A stretch of DNA of 64,000 bases, taken from NCBI GenBank assembly GCA_000934665.2, contig JYFJ02000720.1, forward strand, positions 1 through 64,000, written 5' to 3'. The notes under the pieces were generated by a model, which was given only the letters and a program-made list of their open reading frames with translations, did no database searches and was not told the DNA's origin. How positions within the stretch are numbered: the first letter of the stretch is position 1; every line of letters starts with the position of its first letter. Position numbers and translations under genes: made by a program. The stretch comes from Catajapyx aquilonaris (lineage: Eukaryota). Below are positions 1 to 15,252 of the stretch, piece after piece.

Positions 1-3000
1 GCTCCTCCCAATTCAGCGATCCAAGGTCATAAATTGTGCCCCGCAAATATTCTATAAATACCCTATACACTCGTGCTAATCAGATACCTGGTAGCCAGCA
101 CTCGACGTCTATTATATTTAAAATTAAGACCCTATTGGCCCGAATTAGCGGACACGGTGACGTCACCTACCCTTGACGTAACGAGTCCACACGGCAATTT
201 TAAGTCGAATCAAAACATGCAGGATGTTGCCTTTTTGGGTCGCGTAATTACCCCTGCTCTAATTTCGCTCACTGATGCTTCTGCCATGCTGCAGTCAACA
301 CGCCGTTTATGACGATTAATCTCTTCATGGACCGCACCCGACCAGAAGAGCTACGTAACATGTTATACATCCAGCCCGATTATTTTTTTTGTCGTTGTAA
401 TGCACTTATGCACGTTTGAAAATCAAAAGTCGCCTAATTCCCCTCGAATTATCAGCCAAGAGACCCATCTGGATAAGCCCCCGTACAAAAACTCAGGCCC
501 GTTTCGCCCTATTGGCATTGGGCACTCTTTGAAATTGGCCTGCTTGTGCGGATTTGGCGGACCAAATGAATAGCTGCAATCAGCTTTCCCTGGATGCATG
601 CGCCGGCCAAATTAGACCGGATTGTGCATCAGGAAACAAACACGTCTCTGCTCTCCGTACACTCGGCGAGTGCGCATATCCTGCCCTTCATGTTTACGTT
701 CAATTTCAATGCGACCCACTTTTCTCCGTCCTGGGACATATAAAACACCGGATCAGGTGCACCATGTTGCTATGAGAAACAAGCTAGGAAATGGCCTGCA
801 GGTTGCACCCATGATCGGTGGGAGGAAATAAATACTACTATGCAAGTCTATCTGGAATGAGTGGCGATATAGGACTATATACTCAGGGATGCATTGTGCA
901 TGTCCTGCAACAATGGCGTGATTCACACAAGCAAAGGCCACATGCTCGTAACTCAAAGTGCCACATTGTGCTGAATATCGCAGACGGGCTGCACACATGT
1001 GAACCCTGTAAAATGATTCACCCCTTTTGTATGGCCCAGCCCCCATCCAGCCCCAATTCGATCATCTGAGCAATTTGCATAATAAGTACGTGAAGACTTA
1101 ATACCACGCCTCCACACATGCTGTCGCCCAAGCAGACATCCCAGGCATCCTGGGATTGTTACATGGCTGACTGACTGCTCAACGTGGTAGGCGAAAACTG
1201 TCCGATCAGCTCGCCAGTAGAGATTATACAGGGCAATGCACTTGCAATTAATGTACAAGAAATTATCTTGTCCGCGTAGGTGCATCGCTCTGATAACATT
1301 GTTGCCATGCAAACAACCTGCATCGTTATCTCCCGGCTACCGGTATAACCTATCGTACATTTGCCAGCCGCAAAAATACCCCCTGAAGGAGGATGATAAA
1401 GTGCATTTGGTAATTAGAGAGGACAATACACTATTTTAAAGTCGGCGGCAACGAGGTGCATTCAGTAAATAAGACATTCACGAAGTGGAAGATGTGCAAC
1501 CAGGAAGTAAGCACTATAATTTGGGCTCAAGTTATGCCCACCAGACGCTGTTCTACCTCCGCCTGCCAGAAGCAGCCTATACCAAATTTGTAATCGCGGA
1601 AAATGCCAACTGCCGTCACATACAAAAAATGAAGGGTATAGAAGGTCGCGGTGGCAATTGTTTTCCTTCCTTTGTGTAACGTTGACACTTTCCCGTACAC
1701 TTGAGAGCCCCGCTGTTATCCCCACCAAGTCTCCTTGGTGGAGACATTCCGTTACGGGTATATCTCAAGAAAGATCTCCGCCGTAACTCACGGCCAAGGA
1801 CGATGATGTACACGACACCCCGTCTTGCATCAGTCTTTCAAAAAATAGACAACTCACAGCCCTGCTCAAAATAATCTGCTGTTTCACTATCTGATAAATA
1901 AGTAGACGCCGCTTGTCCAACAATATTCCAAACATCAGGTAGCACATAAAAGTAGGCTCGCTATAATTAAACACGAGGTAGAGGCACCCATTTCGAAATA
2001 ACTTGTAGTGACAGACCAAGGTGTCCGACAAGGGTGACCTTTTATCTATACCAACAAGGAAAATCAGAAAATCCGTGGATTGATTGCAAATGGCAAGGAT
2101 TTTGACAGAGTCCCAGAAATGTCACTGCCGTTTTCAAATCACTTGGAAAGCATTCGAGGTGTGCGATATGACACTGACAAGTGAGTACGTGTGCATAACA
2201 AAAGCACATTCACGGTGGTTACAACTCTTATAATCTCGCCTCAAGGTCTGCATTATCTGCTGGCGATGTTTTTTCTTTTCTTCGCAAGATGGTGTCCGGT
2301 TATTTCCAGGTCGGTTAATAATAATTAAGTTTTATAGCTGTTTTCTGGGTTGATTCAGGACACAGCAAATAAATTCATAATTAACGCCAGCGGCAGGATT
2401 ACCCTTAGTGGCGTTAAGTTGTCCTATTCATTTATTAAAGCAAAAAAAAAAAATTAGTGAACATCGCTGCCGGTTCCTTGATTTCCATACCATATAATTT
2501 TCATATCATCCAGGCCCTGCTGAAGCAAAGAACATCATGCACACACCAGCAGGAAAATTTTTATTCCATTATCTCCACACACCCGGCAGACATCAGTGAC
2601 GCCCAGCCAACTATCCCAGACATAATCCTTATCTCAGCACTTATGGACACAATCACACAGGTGCTAAACCCACGCTGGGAACTATGAAAAAAACTTTTTC
2701 CCCGTTCCAACACTGAACTCTATACCCCTACACATCATCCCGTCATACCCTCCAATAATCACGAAAATTAATGCGGTTATCAGGCAGACAATAAAACTAG
2801 TACTACATTAATGCCCGCAAAAAGAAGAGCAATAAAATTACAAGGGTGGCCCTAAATCCCACACGCTGCGGGAATACTGATTAGCAGTGCATGTTACATG
2901 GTACTCGGAGGCTTGTCTTGCGACCCATCGCGCATCTGAAGTGACTCAAGTGGGGTCTATTAAGGGGCGTAGTTGATATTAATTGGTTGTATTGTTGCAC

Positions 3001-6000
3001 GCACGACATGCCCTAACGAATCACGCGTCGGACACACCAACGGAGAAAATCGGGTATGTTCTATTGTCAAAAAGGGTTTTCTGCTGGCGTATGCTGAACC
3101 TCCTGAAAAATAGAACAAGGATGCTGACCGGTCGATCTGTTTTTAAGTGCGTAAGACAAAGAACGGAAAGCATAAATTGTCGCTCAAGTGCTGGTGCATG
3201 CAGAGGAAAAATCTGGCCAGAGGCCCGGAGAATAATGAGAACGGGGCCAATTGCATGCTGTTGCACAGCAGATGTCTTCCTCCACACACACCCTTTTTTT
3301 CTTATTGCATATACGATACATGTCATATGAACTCGGGAGGCGGACCTCCTTAGTGCTACTTTACTACCACGTGATCCATGCGAAATTGCTATAGATCATT
3401 GGGGAAACGGAGACATTCACGAAAATGGGGGAAATTTCCTGCCTCTGTTATCAGGAACGTTTTATTTTATTTTTTTTGCAAGGTGACCCTGCTCAAATAA
3501 TTCCATAGGTCCCCGTGTCCCACTTGGGGTAGGTCGGAATAGTGGTCGAAATAGGTTTACATGCAAGGGCCGACACATAAACTACCACTAAAAATACTTT
3601 TTCGTGTTTCTATCCACATCATTACATGTATAGTATCCTTGTCCCGTGGCCAAACCCGAATTAAGCTCATAACTTATTTATGACAGTTGACCTAGGCAAA
3701 AGTTTTTGAATGGGAATATGCCTAGGACGGCTAAAAGGATTGGGACTGAATAAAAACGACTCACAATATCCGCATTAATGTGAGGCCATACGAAATAGCT
3801 TATTTTAATGCGAGTTCCTGGTCGTGGTTTACCCTCCCATTACTTCTCTCAATACTGGCCTGGGTGTGATTCTTTGTTTCGCCAGAAATGGTGGTCATAA
3901 AACAGCTTCACGCCAGCATTTATTTATGTATAACCAAATTTGTAACAGCCTGGTCAAGAATGTAGACTAGCTAGTAGTCTAGTCTCTAGCGTGTCAATGC
4001 GTATTATTTTCATTTCAGCCCATATTACCAGGCAAGTGTGAAAGTGGGGCGTATCGCAATAAAGCGAACCACAGTACACAAAAGTGAGGCAATGTCGCAG
4101 CCAACCCAAGGGCAACCATTGGTCACTACCGGAGAATGTGACAAATCTAACCATGGCGTTACGCAACCGCAAATTGCGCAACACAATTTTAATGTCACAT
4201 TGTTTCACTTGGGCCTCCAGATGGTCGTCGCTTAAGGTCATCCAAACGCATTCAAGAAACGTCGCCCTAAGTTTGACTTCTCATTACCTTCATTACTCCC
4301 CGGGCATAAAAATAAGCTTGCACTGCTTCTGACACAAATGACTTGATGCAAGATTACAGAGCGACTGCGAGACGGAGCCTTGCGGATTCATTGGCGGTCC
4401 AATAATTAGACCTTAATGCTCCAAACTGGTTTTGCTACTGTGTAATGACACAAAAGGTGTACTGGGAGCAAGGCTACAATTTGTTTTCAAGTCCGCTTGA
4501 GAAATAGCTTCCTCTAATATTGCTCCAGCCGTAAAATAACGCTACGAGGTAATTAATGGCCACGCAAAAAGCCAGACTGCATCTAGAATGACAATAATTT
4601 CTCGTGAGGCAGGTGACAAAAAATTCTAATCGCGGACACCAATCTAATCAAAAAATATATGGGTCGCAATTATTTTTCCTAACTGGTGTAGCCAGTTAGG
4701 AAGTGACCGCCCACTCCCCATTTAATTCGATGTATTCTTCTGCATGGCAAGGGAGGATCCCCTTATATTGCATGAAGCTTGGGGACGAAAAAAAAAGGTC
4801 CAACGACCTTCAGGGGCCGTCTTCTTTTGTCCCATTATCTCATTTGGATCGCTTCCTTCTTTCGTGACAGTCACGCACTGACGACTCCCATTTTATTTTT
4901 CACAGCCTTTAAAAACTTCCCCTACTAAAAGTTCGCCCGAATTCGAGCTCTTGTCTTGGCAACAGCACGGACAAAGAAATCATGTCAACTGGGTTGCTGA
5001 CTCTCAGGATACAGTTAACCGCGTTTATTGCCGCACACCGCATTCCCGCTCCTAGAAATAGACCGGCGTATACAATGAATGTACTCCACATATACAGCAC
5101 AAGTGTCACCATTCTGCCAACCTTCAGGTGAACGCCCATACAATACCGCGAGGAAAGTTCATTGAACATACCGCTGAACCATCACTCACATAAATTTTAA
5201 TAATATTTCCATGTCAAATGTACTACCTGCTCCCGACTGAAACTAAATTTTGGCTTTAATTACTATACCTCCGCAATTAGTTTGGTCCGGTGCTAAAATG
5301 CGGCGGCAGCGACATCTTCCCAACTAAATGGAAAGTAAACATAGAGACGCCACAAATAACTCGACTAATTGCGAGGGCAAAGAAATACTCCGTGAAAAGA
5401 GGACGTTGCCCCAGCTAAGTTCGCTCACTCAACGCGATTAGCTCTATGTCCGGATTATTAGCTTGAACTCTTAACCTTACTTTGGATAGATTAGCGTCTG
5501 GGAAGGGACTGGTTCTTCCCGATTAGCGAATTTTGTCGTGGCGTACGTAATCCCTTGGATAAGAGTTTAAAAAAAATCTTATTTACGTTTGCACACTATG
5601 AAGCACGAGAGGCGACATCAAGGCGTAAAAAAAAGGCAATAACTCTCCGATTATTGGTCAGCCTTTGGCGACCCGAAGCACATCAAAAGCAGCGACACAC
5701 AAAATTGCTCCAAAACATGCCCCTTTATCATGAGTTATTCACTGATTTCTCACTCATCCAAAGAGGCCAATTAACTGGAGCGAACAAGGTCATAACCACC
5801 GATAAAACAAGGGAAATCCATGAATAAAGTTCAAATACACAAATCAGGCACATATCGTGTCATGCGTCGACTGTGACCTAAAATGGCAGCAGGTTCACAG
5901 CTTGAAAGGGGTATATCTTCTACACTATACGTATGATACATTAGTTGGGATTCTCGCGAAAAAGGTTTCACAATGGCATTGTGTCGCAGTTTCTCCCAAC

Positions 6001-7264
6001 TTGCCCGAACTCATGAAAGTGCTACCTTGGACCGGAAGAGTCCGGTTTGTTGTTATCGCCATGATTATTGTACCCGTCTAACTCTTGGAAATGATCAATG
6101 CATGACTACTGAGAATGGACATGCCCCCTTCCAAATAAAGAACATCCTGTGGATATACCACGCTGCTTCTCGCTTGGGCGCTTTTACTGCGAATAACGTC
6201 ACATATTACAAGTCACCTTGCGGACTCTCATCAATATACGCACAACCCTTGTCAATCATCCAATGGCTGTATTTTTAAAAAGGGGAGGGGAAGGGGGTTA
6301 GCCTACAACCTCGAAACGATCTTCAACCGCACTTGCTGACACTATCCAACGGCACAGTATATCAAACCAGCTCGCACTGGTTTCGTTAAAGATGGCTGGC
6401 AATACAAATCGTACCTATCAATCATTCCGACCTTAACCCAAATAGCCTGCTTGCAAGCGCCAGAGATAGGTGTTTTACCACATGACCTGGACATCAGTCA
6501 GGATATGCTCTCTTACGTCAGAAGGCCAAGAAAAACCCTATAAGCGTGTTATATATGCTCCATCTTGGGGAGGACGCCGACACCGAGAGTAAACCCATAA
6601 CTATATATAGGGTTTGGTGAACATTGTGCTGATAAAGTCCCCCCACCCCTCACTTAATGAATGACCTTTACACTCTCAAATTGCTCAATGTGTCGATGAA
6701 CTGTACACAAAGCGCTGTTGCGGGAAGTTTCAATTTCGCACCAGAAGAGTCAATTAGGAAGCCGACGCTCCAAACCCCCTGTCCCCGGCATTGGCAGAAA
6801 ATTTCCCTCGAGAGTTCAAGGTTCCCTTAATTAACAAAATTGTCAACCCCCCAAGTGTCACACCGATTTTTACGCAGAAAATTATCACTCAATTCCGTTC
6901 AAAATTAAGAGGTGACGAAACTCTGCCGCCTGTGGTGCTCGGATATTACTCCAATCTTGCAATAGGCACATGCTACATTACGAGATAGTTACCATATTGA
7001 GCTTGTGCAGTGGTTGAAAATTAACGAAATTTTTTAATGTATATGCATATGTAATTAAATCACTCACGTGGCAAGCATCAAAGTCTGAGCTGTCACTTGC
7101 TAGATATCTCCTGCATTTCCATAACCTCTCCACTGACCCGCTGTCATAGAAGCTTTTAAATACGAGCCCCGGAACATGCTGTGGGCTTCAGCGATAACTC
7201 TTCCGCATACACGTCCAATCACTTCATGGCTTTTCAAAATGCATATAAAAAAGGAGGTACTCAC

Positions 7265-7345
7265 AGTGCTGACAGATGATGGGAGTCAAGAAGTACGTTT
7301 CCACCAGGCGATGCTGCGAAGCTCTGCTGGGGATGAAGGTTTGGC
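7265..7345 (-). CDS. PIK3R1: p85-like coding exon 3, start of a C1 (PKC-type Cys-rich) domain
   Basis: Acceptor TTCTGTCTTTCGCAG, donor T|GTGAGT, phase 1-1, compatible with exon 2. Translates GQTFIPSRASQHRLVETYFLTPIICQH(C), fitting the C1 start H-x12-C-x2-C. Confidence 0.75.
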
Positions 7346-10300
7346 CTGCGAAAGACAGAAAATGTTTCAGAATTAACATCAGGAAATAAATTGTTCGCAC
7401 CGTTCAATAGATTCGCTCTGGACGACGGTTTTGTCTGCTCTATTCGCCCATAACTATGGTGGGTGACGAACGGTGCCTCATTACTGTCCCTTCAGGATGA
7501 AAAATCTGTCAGGCACATCGGTATGATTGTACAGCTGGACAGATCATGAATACCATGACTAACTACGACACTAACATGGCAATGACATTTCGACCAGGGC
7601 TACTGCAGGCGACTCAACAAATTGCACACCCGCACGTACTAACTCGGAATTCAGGAAGTCGCTTATTAAAAGGACCCCATTATTTTGTTAGTTGGAGAAA
7701 TGTTCGAAAAACGGCAACGCACCAGTAGTAAGGTGCGTAATTCAAGTACACGCTAGCTTTAATTGGTGGTATTGTCTCTCGTTCAAAGTGGCTGAAAAAA
7801 GAAGATTAACGACAGTGCGGAGAAAGCGTTTAAAGAGGTCAAACGGCATATAGTAAGTAATATACGGCCAATCTAAATCGGACAAGTACTTCCACCATTC
7901 TACTTTTGACTATATAGCCATTAACAAAGCAATCAGGAAACTTTCTAGAATTACATGCTCAAACTGCACAGCGGCATTATTTCACAACTAATCAACCTGA
8001 AGTTGTTTATCTTCTAGAACGAACACATCGGGGTTCGTTCGCCTTTCCGAATATTGTGTTGTCAAGCAATTCCGCTGGAATACAAAATGCCACGTCCAAA
8101 TGTCACAAACAACAACCGGAATGAGCTTTAACAGCGGTCAATTCCCACAAGCCCTAATTAATATGGACGTTCGACAACTGGTCCCCCATTCAATTGTAAT
8201 CAAGCGATAAAAGTGAAGTGCAGTTACCAATTGACACTGCTTCGATGGTGCATAGAATGAAGACCCAGGGTACGTTCACATTCTGATAAATGACCTCATT
8301 TCCCTCCTGCCCCCCCTACAATGACTGTAGTCTGTTGCAGCTGCGCCCGCTTATATGCATACATACAACACTGGAGCTCAACAGAGTCCCATTTCAAGTC
8401 AAGGTAAAAAGAAACGCCCACCGGCAGGGGTTGCACCACACAAGATGTGGAAAGTGCGGTGAGAACATGTTTAGTTCGCACTATTAATAGTAGCTGTCTA
8501 GCAAGTCGGACAGTTTGAAGTAATCGCTAACCTTGATTCAGTGACCGCCGGGCAATACCCTCCACTTATCACGCATTTCAGTTGGCCTTCTTAAGGTGTT
8601 AGGCATATACACAGCCCCGCTAGTTAAAAAAAAAAACGACCTGATAGCATTGTGTGTCTTATCGCACTATAGACTGCAGCTGCAAGTCTTGCTGAAAAGG
8701 CAGACTTCTGACTCATAACAAAGAATCACTTTGTTGGAACCATCCAACTTTGCATGGAAACAACTCTCCCGGGGCCCCGAAGGCTGGAATCGCTAATTCG
8801 ACATTTGAAGGACGGACAGTTTCGCTGGTTGAAAATGGCGATCAAAATGCATGACCCGAGCCTGAAACTTCATACACGGCATATTATCCATGAACGGCAT
8901 TCTGATTGGTTCCGGCCATTTGGCCATTTGTGTGTATCTCCCCCAACAAAGCTGTACGACCCTGCAGTTTTACGCAACTGCCAGATAATACACGCATTTG
9001 GCAAAGGAAAAAAAAAAGAGCCGAGCTTAAGCGCTATTTTATCGTTTATAGCAATGGTGGAATACACCTTTCGAGGATACACGTCACGCACCGAATAAAA
9101 CTGTATTGACAAACCCATGAAGGGCGTTTGAAGGACTGGCAAAGTTATGCTTGCTCCAACCCAGGCATTTGTGCAGAGGGGGAGAGAGGAGAGGGACCAT
9201 CCAGTACTCTCTATAGGTAGTTATTTCGAGTAGTGTACATAGTGAGTTATACGCCACTGAACTATATAGTCTCAAATGAAGTTGTTATTAAATTTATGGC
9301 ACAGTTGAACTCATCCAAAAATGGCATAATGAATATATGAAAGAATAATTTCCACTCGCAGTTTGCAGATTGGCAGAAATTAACAAAGTTGTTGCCTCGC
9401 ACAAGTAAAAAATGCAAATCCGGCACGTGTCGGACATTCAATGTTCGCAAATCATTTTGACAATGATATGTTAACCTAACAACAATGTAGTATATTGAAA
9501 CCGGTATATGATGCATGATCTGAGATGGACCAATGCGCAGTCAATAGCATGCGACGTCTGCGGCCTTAACCAGTACATTAAATGACCTTTTGACACTTTG
9601 TCGATTTACCCTTTCATTTCCCTAATGGCATACCCCACTCTTCTGAGAGATGCTTGCAAAAAATGCCTTTAAAAAACCTGTATGGATGCATTGCGCTCCC
9701 AGATTCCAGATAATCGATGCACTCTGGCCCGACACTGCATCCGATTTTTTTATTAACCCAAAGGCATTGTTACCATAAGTTCGAATGTCACAAGTACAGC
9801 GAGTATATTACTCCCTGCATTTTTTTAAAATGGAGGAAGGTCTCCTGCGTCACTCGGGCCAAAATGTGTTTTAGGCAGTGACAGCGACTGACAGGAAAGC
9901 GCGATTTTTATGACAAGCGCAAGCAGCTCCTCCTCCTACGGGCTTAAGACTTCAAGCTGGGATCTCAGCAAGTGTGCGACAAGAGTATATGCAACATGTA
10001 AAATTCCCTCCGTCTGGTTCTGAAAGGGCAAGCGCAGCGGGGATTTGGATAAATAAATAAATAAACGCAAGTGGAGGTGACCATTGACGCATGCGGCCAC
10101 CAAGGATTTACTTTTGCTTACACGAATCGATACCGATGTAACCGCAGGTCATGGCGTTCAAAGTAATCAATGACAGCCGGGGATTCCGATGAATGATGGC
10201 TTCCCGGCCCATTTGAATGCAATGCTGCTAAGGCAAAGTGTAACGGTGCTGGGAATTGAAATCCTATCAATTAGCCGGTACACCAGTACAAAAGACCCGC

Positions 10301-13300
10301 ATTAATACTCTCCCTGCGTGGTTACCGTGATTTCACAACCGAATGACGGCATTGCATGGTTCGACTGATATCTTTAATTGAATTCACCTCATTTTGATAC
10401 ATGCCGATTAACCCATCGGCCTGCAACAAACGTGAAACTTTGGCACGATATAATTACGGCTCAGTTGGTGTGACAATTTGCGTCAAAATATTTACCGCAA
10501 CGTGTCCCTCGAAATCCCGCATATATAAGGTCAGCGAATCATCCAACGCCCCTGGGGCGTTGGGCGATTCGTCGGATTTATTTAATTAAATTCTCTGCAT
10601 GCCGGCCCCAACTAATGTGGTGTTACCACTTCAAATACAATTTAAATGCAACGATTGCATGCAGTTTCCAGTTAATGCCATAAAATCACGCTAAAACCAC
10701 ATTTCCCCTACTAATATACAATGTGCCCCGAAAAAGTCCGGCCGTCGAAAGGTCAATGAATCTAGTTGGTCCTTAACTTTCCCTCCGAACCAGAATTACA
10801 GTGTACAACATGAGCCTCGTCAGATAATTTGTAGCTAACCAGGGCTGAGAACCATTGCATGCGCATCTGCACCTGCACGTGCTGACTCTAATTCGCACGT
10901 TCGGTCCGGGATGGCTGACCTGAGGCAAATATTTCAATTGAAGTTGAGAATAGCCTTGGCAAACTGGCTGCTAGCTGGCTCTTTTAGCAACTGCGGAAAC
11001 TTAAAGAAATAAATACTGAATTTATGCGCGTCAAACAACTCGTTACGCCATGCTTGGAGTGGTTCACAAGTATGCATATACACAACACCCTGTCTTTTAA
11101 AAATGCGCGTGCAGTAACAACCGATAACTCTGATTTCAATGTAATGAGCATCTTACAGTCAGTATAGTGATGTAATCAAGTTCATTGACCTGACAACCCA
11201 TACTGTACAGTATGCCGTCTACTCTCATTTAAGCCAAGGTAAAGTAGATTTTAAAAATAATCCGGTATTGCGTAGGATGACAAAAGTGATGGATATCCTA
11301 ACTGCCCAGAGCAACCCGCATGGCAAACTCAGGCACCGTAACTTGCAGGGTAACGTTCCGCGCGTTTATTCCAACTGTCCCTGGCAACCCGGGCTCTCCA
11401 GGAGTTCAGTGTTCACGTGATCAGAAGCAAGAGGGTAGCTGTTGAGTCGAGAGAAAATCCATGTTCCTGCTGGCATCCACAACATGGCCTTCAATGTGAA
11501 ACATAACGTGAATTGGCAACGTCACTGCCGCCGTACAATGCTGCCATGTCATACCTTTTTTTTTCATTTCTCTCCCAGAATGTGACACGATAGGATGGAA
11601 ATAATACTGTATCTAGTGTCAACGACCCGAGGTTTTTATTAAATTCCTTTTATAGGAAATTATAGGTTGATTTTTTTTTCCACCCTCGTGAGTTAGTCTT
11701 AAAATTACCAGGCCAGTAGCAACACATTTCATGCAAATAAACTCCTGGGCTGTGCTCTTAAATGCTCGAACAACCGTCAAATTGCCCCTAACTCATGCCT
11801 CCCATTCGGCACAGGCCCACAAATTACACGAACGGATATCTCAGTCCGAAATAGACTTATCACACGCACAACGCGGATGCCAACTTAACATAGTTTCCTT
11901 CCTTCCACCCCTCCCCCTGCTGTGTAACAGAATTACAAAACTATAACTTGCTCCGCCCTAACTTAATCAACCCGCGGAAGTTACCCTGCCGTTTCATAAG
12001 GTTACGGAAGTGCTGCCGTATAGACGGGGTAGCTGAAGACGAACCAAGGACACCAACAGCTCGGGGGGTTGCCTACACTCCGGGCGCAAAACCATGGCCT
12101 TCTACACCTACAAGTGACGTAATGAGCAATCAGGCACACCCCAATGTGCAAAAAAGGTACACGGCTGCGCCCAGACCGGCACGAAACAGGTTAACTGATT
12201 CTGATGCAACATCTCCTCTTCCTGAAGTTATCTCACAATATTTTTTTTTAAACCACCAGTTTACAATTTATCATGACTTGTCTACTGCACCATCCGGAGC
12301 CAGAAATCCATCAGTTTTCCTCCTGTCATTTCCTGATGAAATCGGTTCGCCTGTACAAACGCGGCGCCAGCCACGGTTTATTTCATTAATCAAACTGTTA
12401 AAACTCTAATGAGATTCCTTCATCGAATTAAAAGTTAATCACACTCCGCTCATATGAGGAATGAGTTGCTTCAAGGAATCCCTTTTGCACGGCTGCCGGG
12501 TAAAGCTGCGGCGTCGTTGGATATTTTACCTGGGCCTGATGTTCTGAAAGTGAAAATCTTGTGCAAATTCAGTTAGCTTCCTCGGTTTTTGTCCTATGCA
12601 ATCAGTTAGTCGCTGGCGACTTTGCAGAACTTTGCAAGTGAGGGAGGAGAAGAAGAAGAAAAAAAAATCTATATCAAAGTCATTCACCTTTCTCGCCCGT
12701 GCAAATTAACCAAGCTGGTTCAGAGTGCAAGACCTTCGTCTCCCCACCAACTCACCGCAACTTTGTCATCCCAAGCCTGTGATGATTATGGTCTCGTAAT
12801 TCATTAAAGTGGAGCATTTTGTACCCGGCCACGAAATTCTACTGGGAAGGACTAAAAATACTGTACGCTTTTGGCAAGGCAAAGGTTGTCCCACAGCACT
12901 GCCAAAATAAGTGTAACCAGCATTACAGCACGGAGTAAAACCGTACTCGTTCCACTCGAGCAATCATGAGTGGCCGGCCTGTGATCCTAAACAATGGCGA
13001 TAATGAAAACTTATCGCGCACATATTTTTCCTCCCCTCGAGTTACTGCTGTGACCTTCACTTGTTTGGCAACAGATGAAAAACTCTCTACATCAATATCC
13101 AGCAAAGCAGCAGTATTAATCACCCGATTGAATATAATTCAGAGCCCTGCGATTAAATGGCCCCAGCACTTTATCTAAATGGGATCATTAGGCTGCAGAT
13201 TAGATAACCAGTTTCATCAACTTGCCTCCATTTCGTCACCGGTGTTATAACATTTTATCCCTGGCTCTGATATAACATGATAATTGCAGAGTACCAACCC

Positions 13301-15105
13301 CACATTTGCATCAGAAGCCAGTAATAATGAAAGTAAGGCAGGATGCTATGAACCTATGCTATTTAGAACAACCAGGGAAGAGTAACTAATTTTAAATGCC
13401 AAGGTGAAATGCAGTGTGTGACAACTGTGCCCCTACTTGGGTTACGACAACCACTTGTGGCTGTCACTTCTTATCAGCAGACAGCAGGAATACTTGAGCG
13501 AGGTCAGGAAGTCACCAAGCAAAACAATCTAGCTATATAGGATAGCAATATTTTGATGTTTGGTCACATTAGCACCAAGTACTGATCATGCCAAAAATTA
13601 TTAGCAAATAATTAATTAATACTTCCTTCATGGAGGTCACAAGCTATTAAAAGCCCAGGTGTATACAGAGAAGACATCTGGGTAACCTACATTTGATCAT
13701 TTATAATGTATATGTTTAGTGGCATGTGGGAGCTAAGATTTCCTACCAAATAATGTGGGGGAAATATGTGCACTTATTTGATGTGTCTCAAGGGCTTTCT
13801 CCCACAGGAAGTTTTATACAAGACAGAAAAATCAGCACGTTTAGACTTGTTCTTTTCATACTCCACTGGAGTAAAGTCCCACAAACACCTATCTAACCTC
13901 CCCCTTGACCTCCCTTTGCAAAAGATATGGCCAGCTCATAAAACTCCAGGGACGGCGACGATAATGGGGAGAAAGCTATAGGGATCCTGCCACAGCGTTT
14001 TTTAAACACAAAATTAAAACTGCTTATTATTAATGATTATTTCGGGATGAAACGCTTCCCTGCAACAATTACCAGGCTTCCCCAACAGGGGGGGATGCAA
14101 TAGAGGCCCACCTGTGGTGTCACCCCTGCCTGTGCAATTAACAAAGTCTTGTTATAATGAAATACAACTTCCAAAACCTGATCTACCCAAACAATGGAAT
14201 CAACTTGTCAAAGCCCCTCACGTACTTTCACGCAATGCTGCTTGACATCTGACATAATGACCTACCTGCTCCGAATATCCCTTTAATAGCCCTTTGTTTT
14301 GCACAGTAATGTATGGATGGCTACTCAGAAAGAAACCTATGAGAAGTTCAGCCCATGCAATAAACATATCCTACACTAACAAGCTATAAACCCTTTGGGG
14401 GAGCAGGCTACTTCATAATGGATCTTCCCTCCTAGGTAGTTAGTGGCATGAATGTTGGCATCCACTCAAAATCATAAAGATTTTGTGAAGGAGAATATGT
14501 GCATGCTTCCGTCTCTTCCAAGTTTTATGATGTTATTGAAATCTCAAGGTCCAGTGCACCAGAAATGTACGCGAAATATATGAGCTGTGCCGCCTTAACC
14601 TTCCAAGAGACTGCCATAAATTGGCTATTTCCAAGTGACCTTTACACACCTCTGCTTCCTTCAATGACCCTTTTAACGGACTCGTTTTCAAGACATTTCC
14701 TGCCACATGAACCCATACTTACAGATAACCACACATGCAGGCATAAAAAACATTTTTTAAAAATGGTCAAAACACATCTCCATCGCACCAGCTTGTTTAA
14801 CCGGAAGCGAAAATTCTTACATGCCATTTTTAGATGATTACTAGGTTCTCAGCTTCACCTCTTAGTTTATGAAACTAGCAGGGGAGTCTAGCTCCAAATG
14901 TCAAACGTACAAGTACAGTAAATATATTTTTCCTCCAGGAAATAAGCCAGCAGGTTGCCTTCACTCCTGTTGACCAAATCTATAGGACACAGTCCACATC
15001 TTTTTTTCCCAACCCAAGGCAAAATGTGACAAAAGGCACATCGTGCGAATGCTTACACTGAAATAAGCACAAACAACATGCTAATAAGTACGTTTGTAAT
15101 CCTAC

Positions 15106-15252
15106 CTGAACTTGGGGATCCTACATATCCTGAGTCATTATAGTCATCAGTGCAAGTACTCGAAGATCCTTTAACAGGAGACAGTCTTGGCAGTGGAACT
15201 GGCTTCCGTGGAGGTGTCGGAGGGGGTGCACCCATGTGCTTTATATACGTGC
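15106..15252 (-). CDS. PIK3R1: p85-like coding exon 2 (SH3 end plus Pro-rich linker)
   Basis: Acceptor ATTTTCAG, donor CAG|GTAGGA. Phase-1 join completes the SH3: FFP-S-TYIKHMGAPPPTPPRKPVPLPRLSPVKGSSSTCTDDYNDSGYVGSPSS, comparable to p85 FPGTYVEYIG...PPTPKPRPPRPLP. Confidence 0.85.

Noticed and set aside
554..1439. Cys/His-rich ORFs as the rest of the C1 domain
   Set aside because: No phase-1 acceptor gives the expected C1 continuation; the next exon is probably outside the window.
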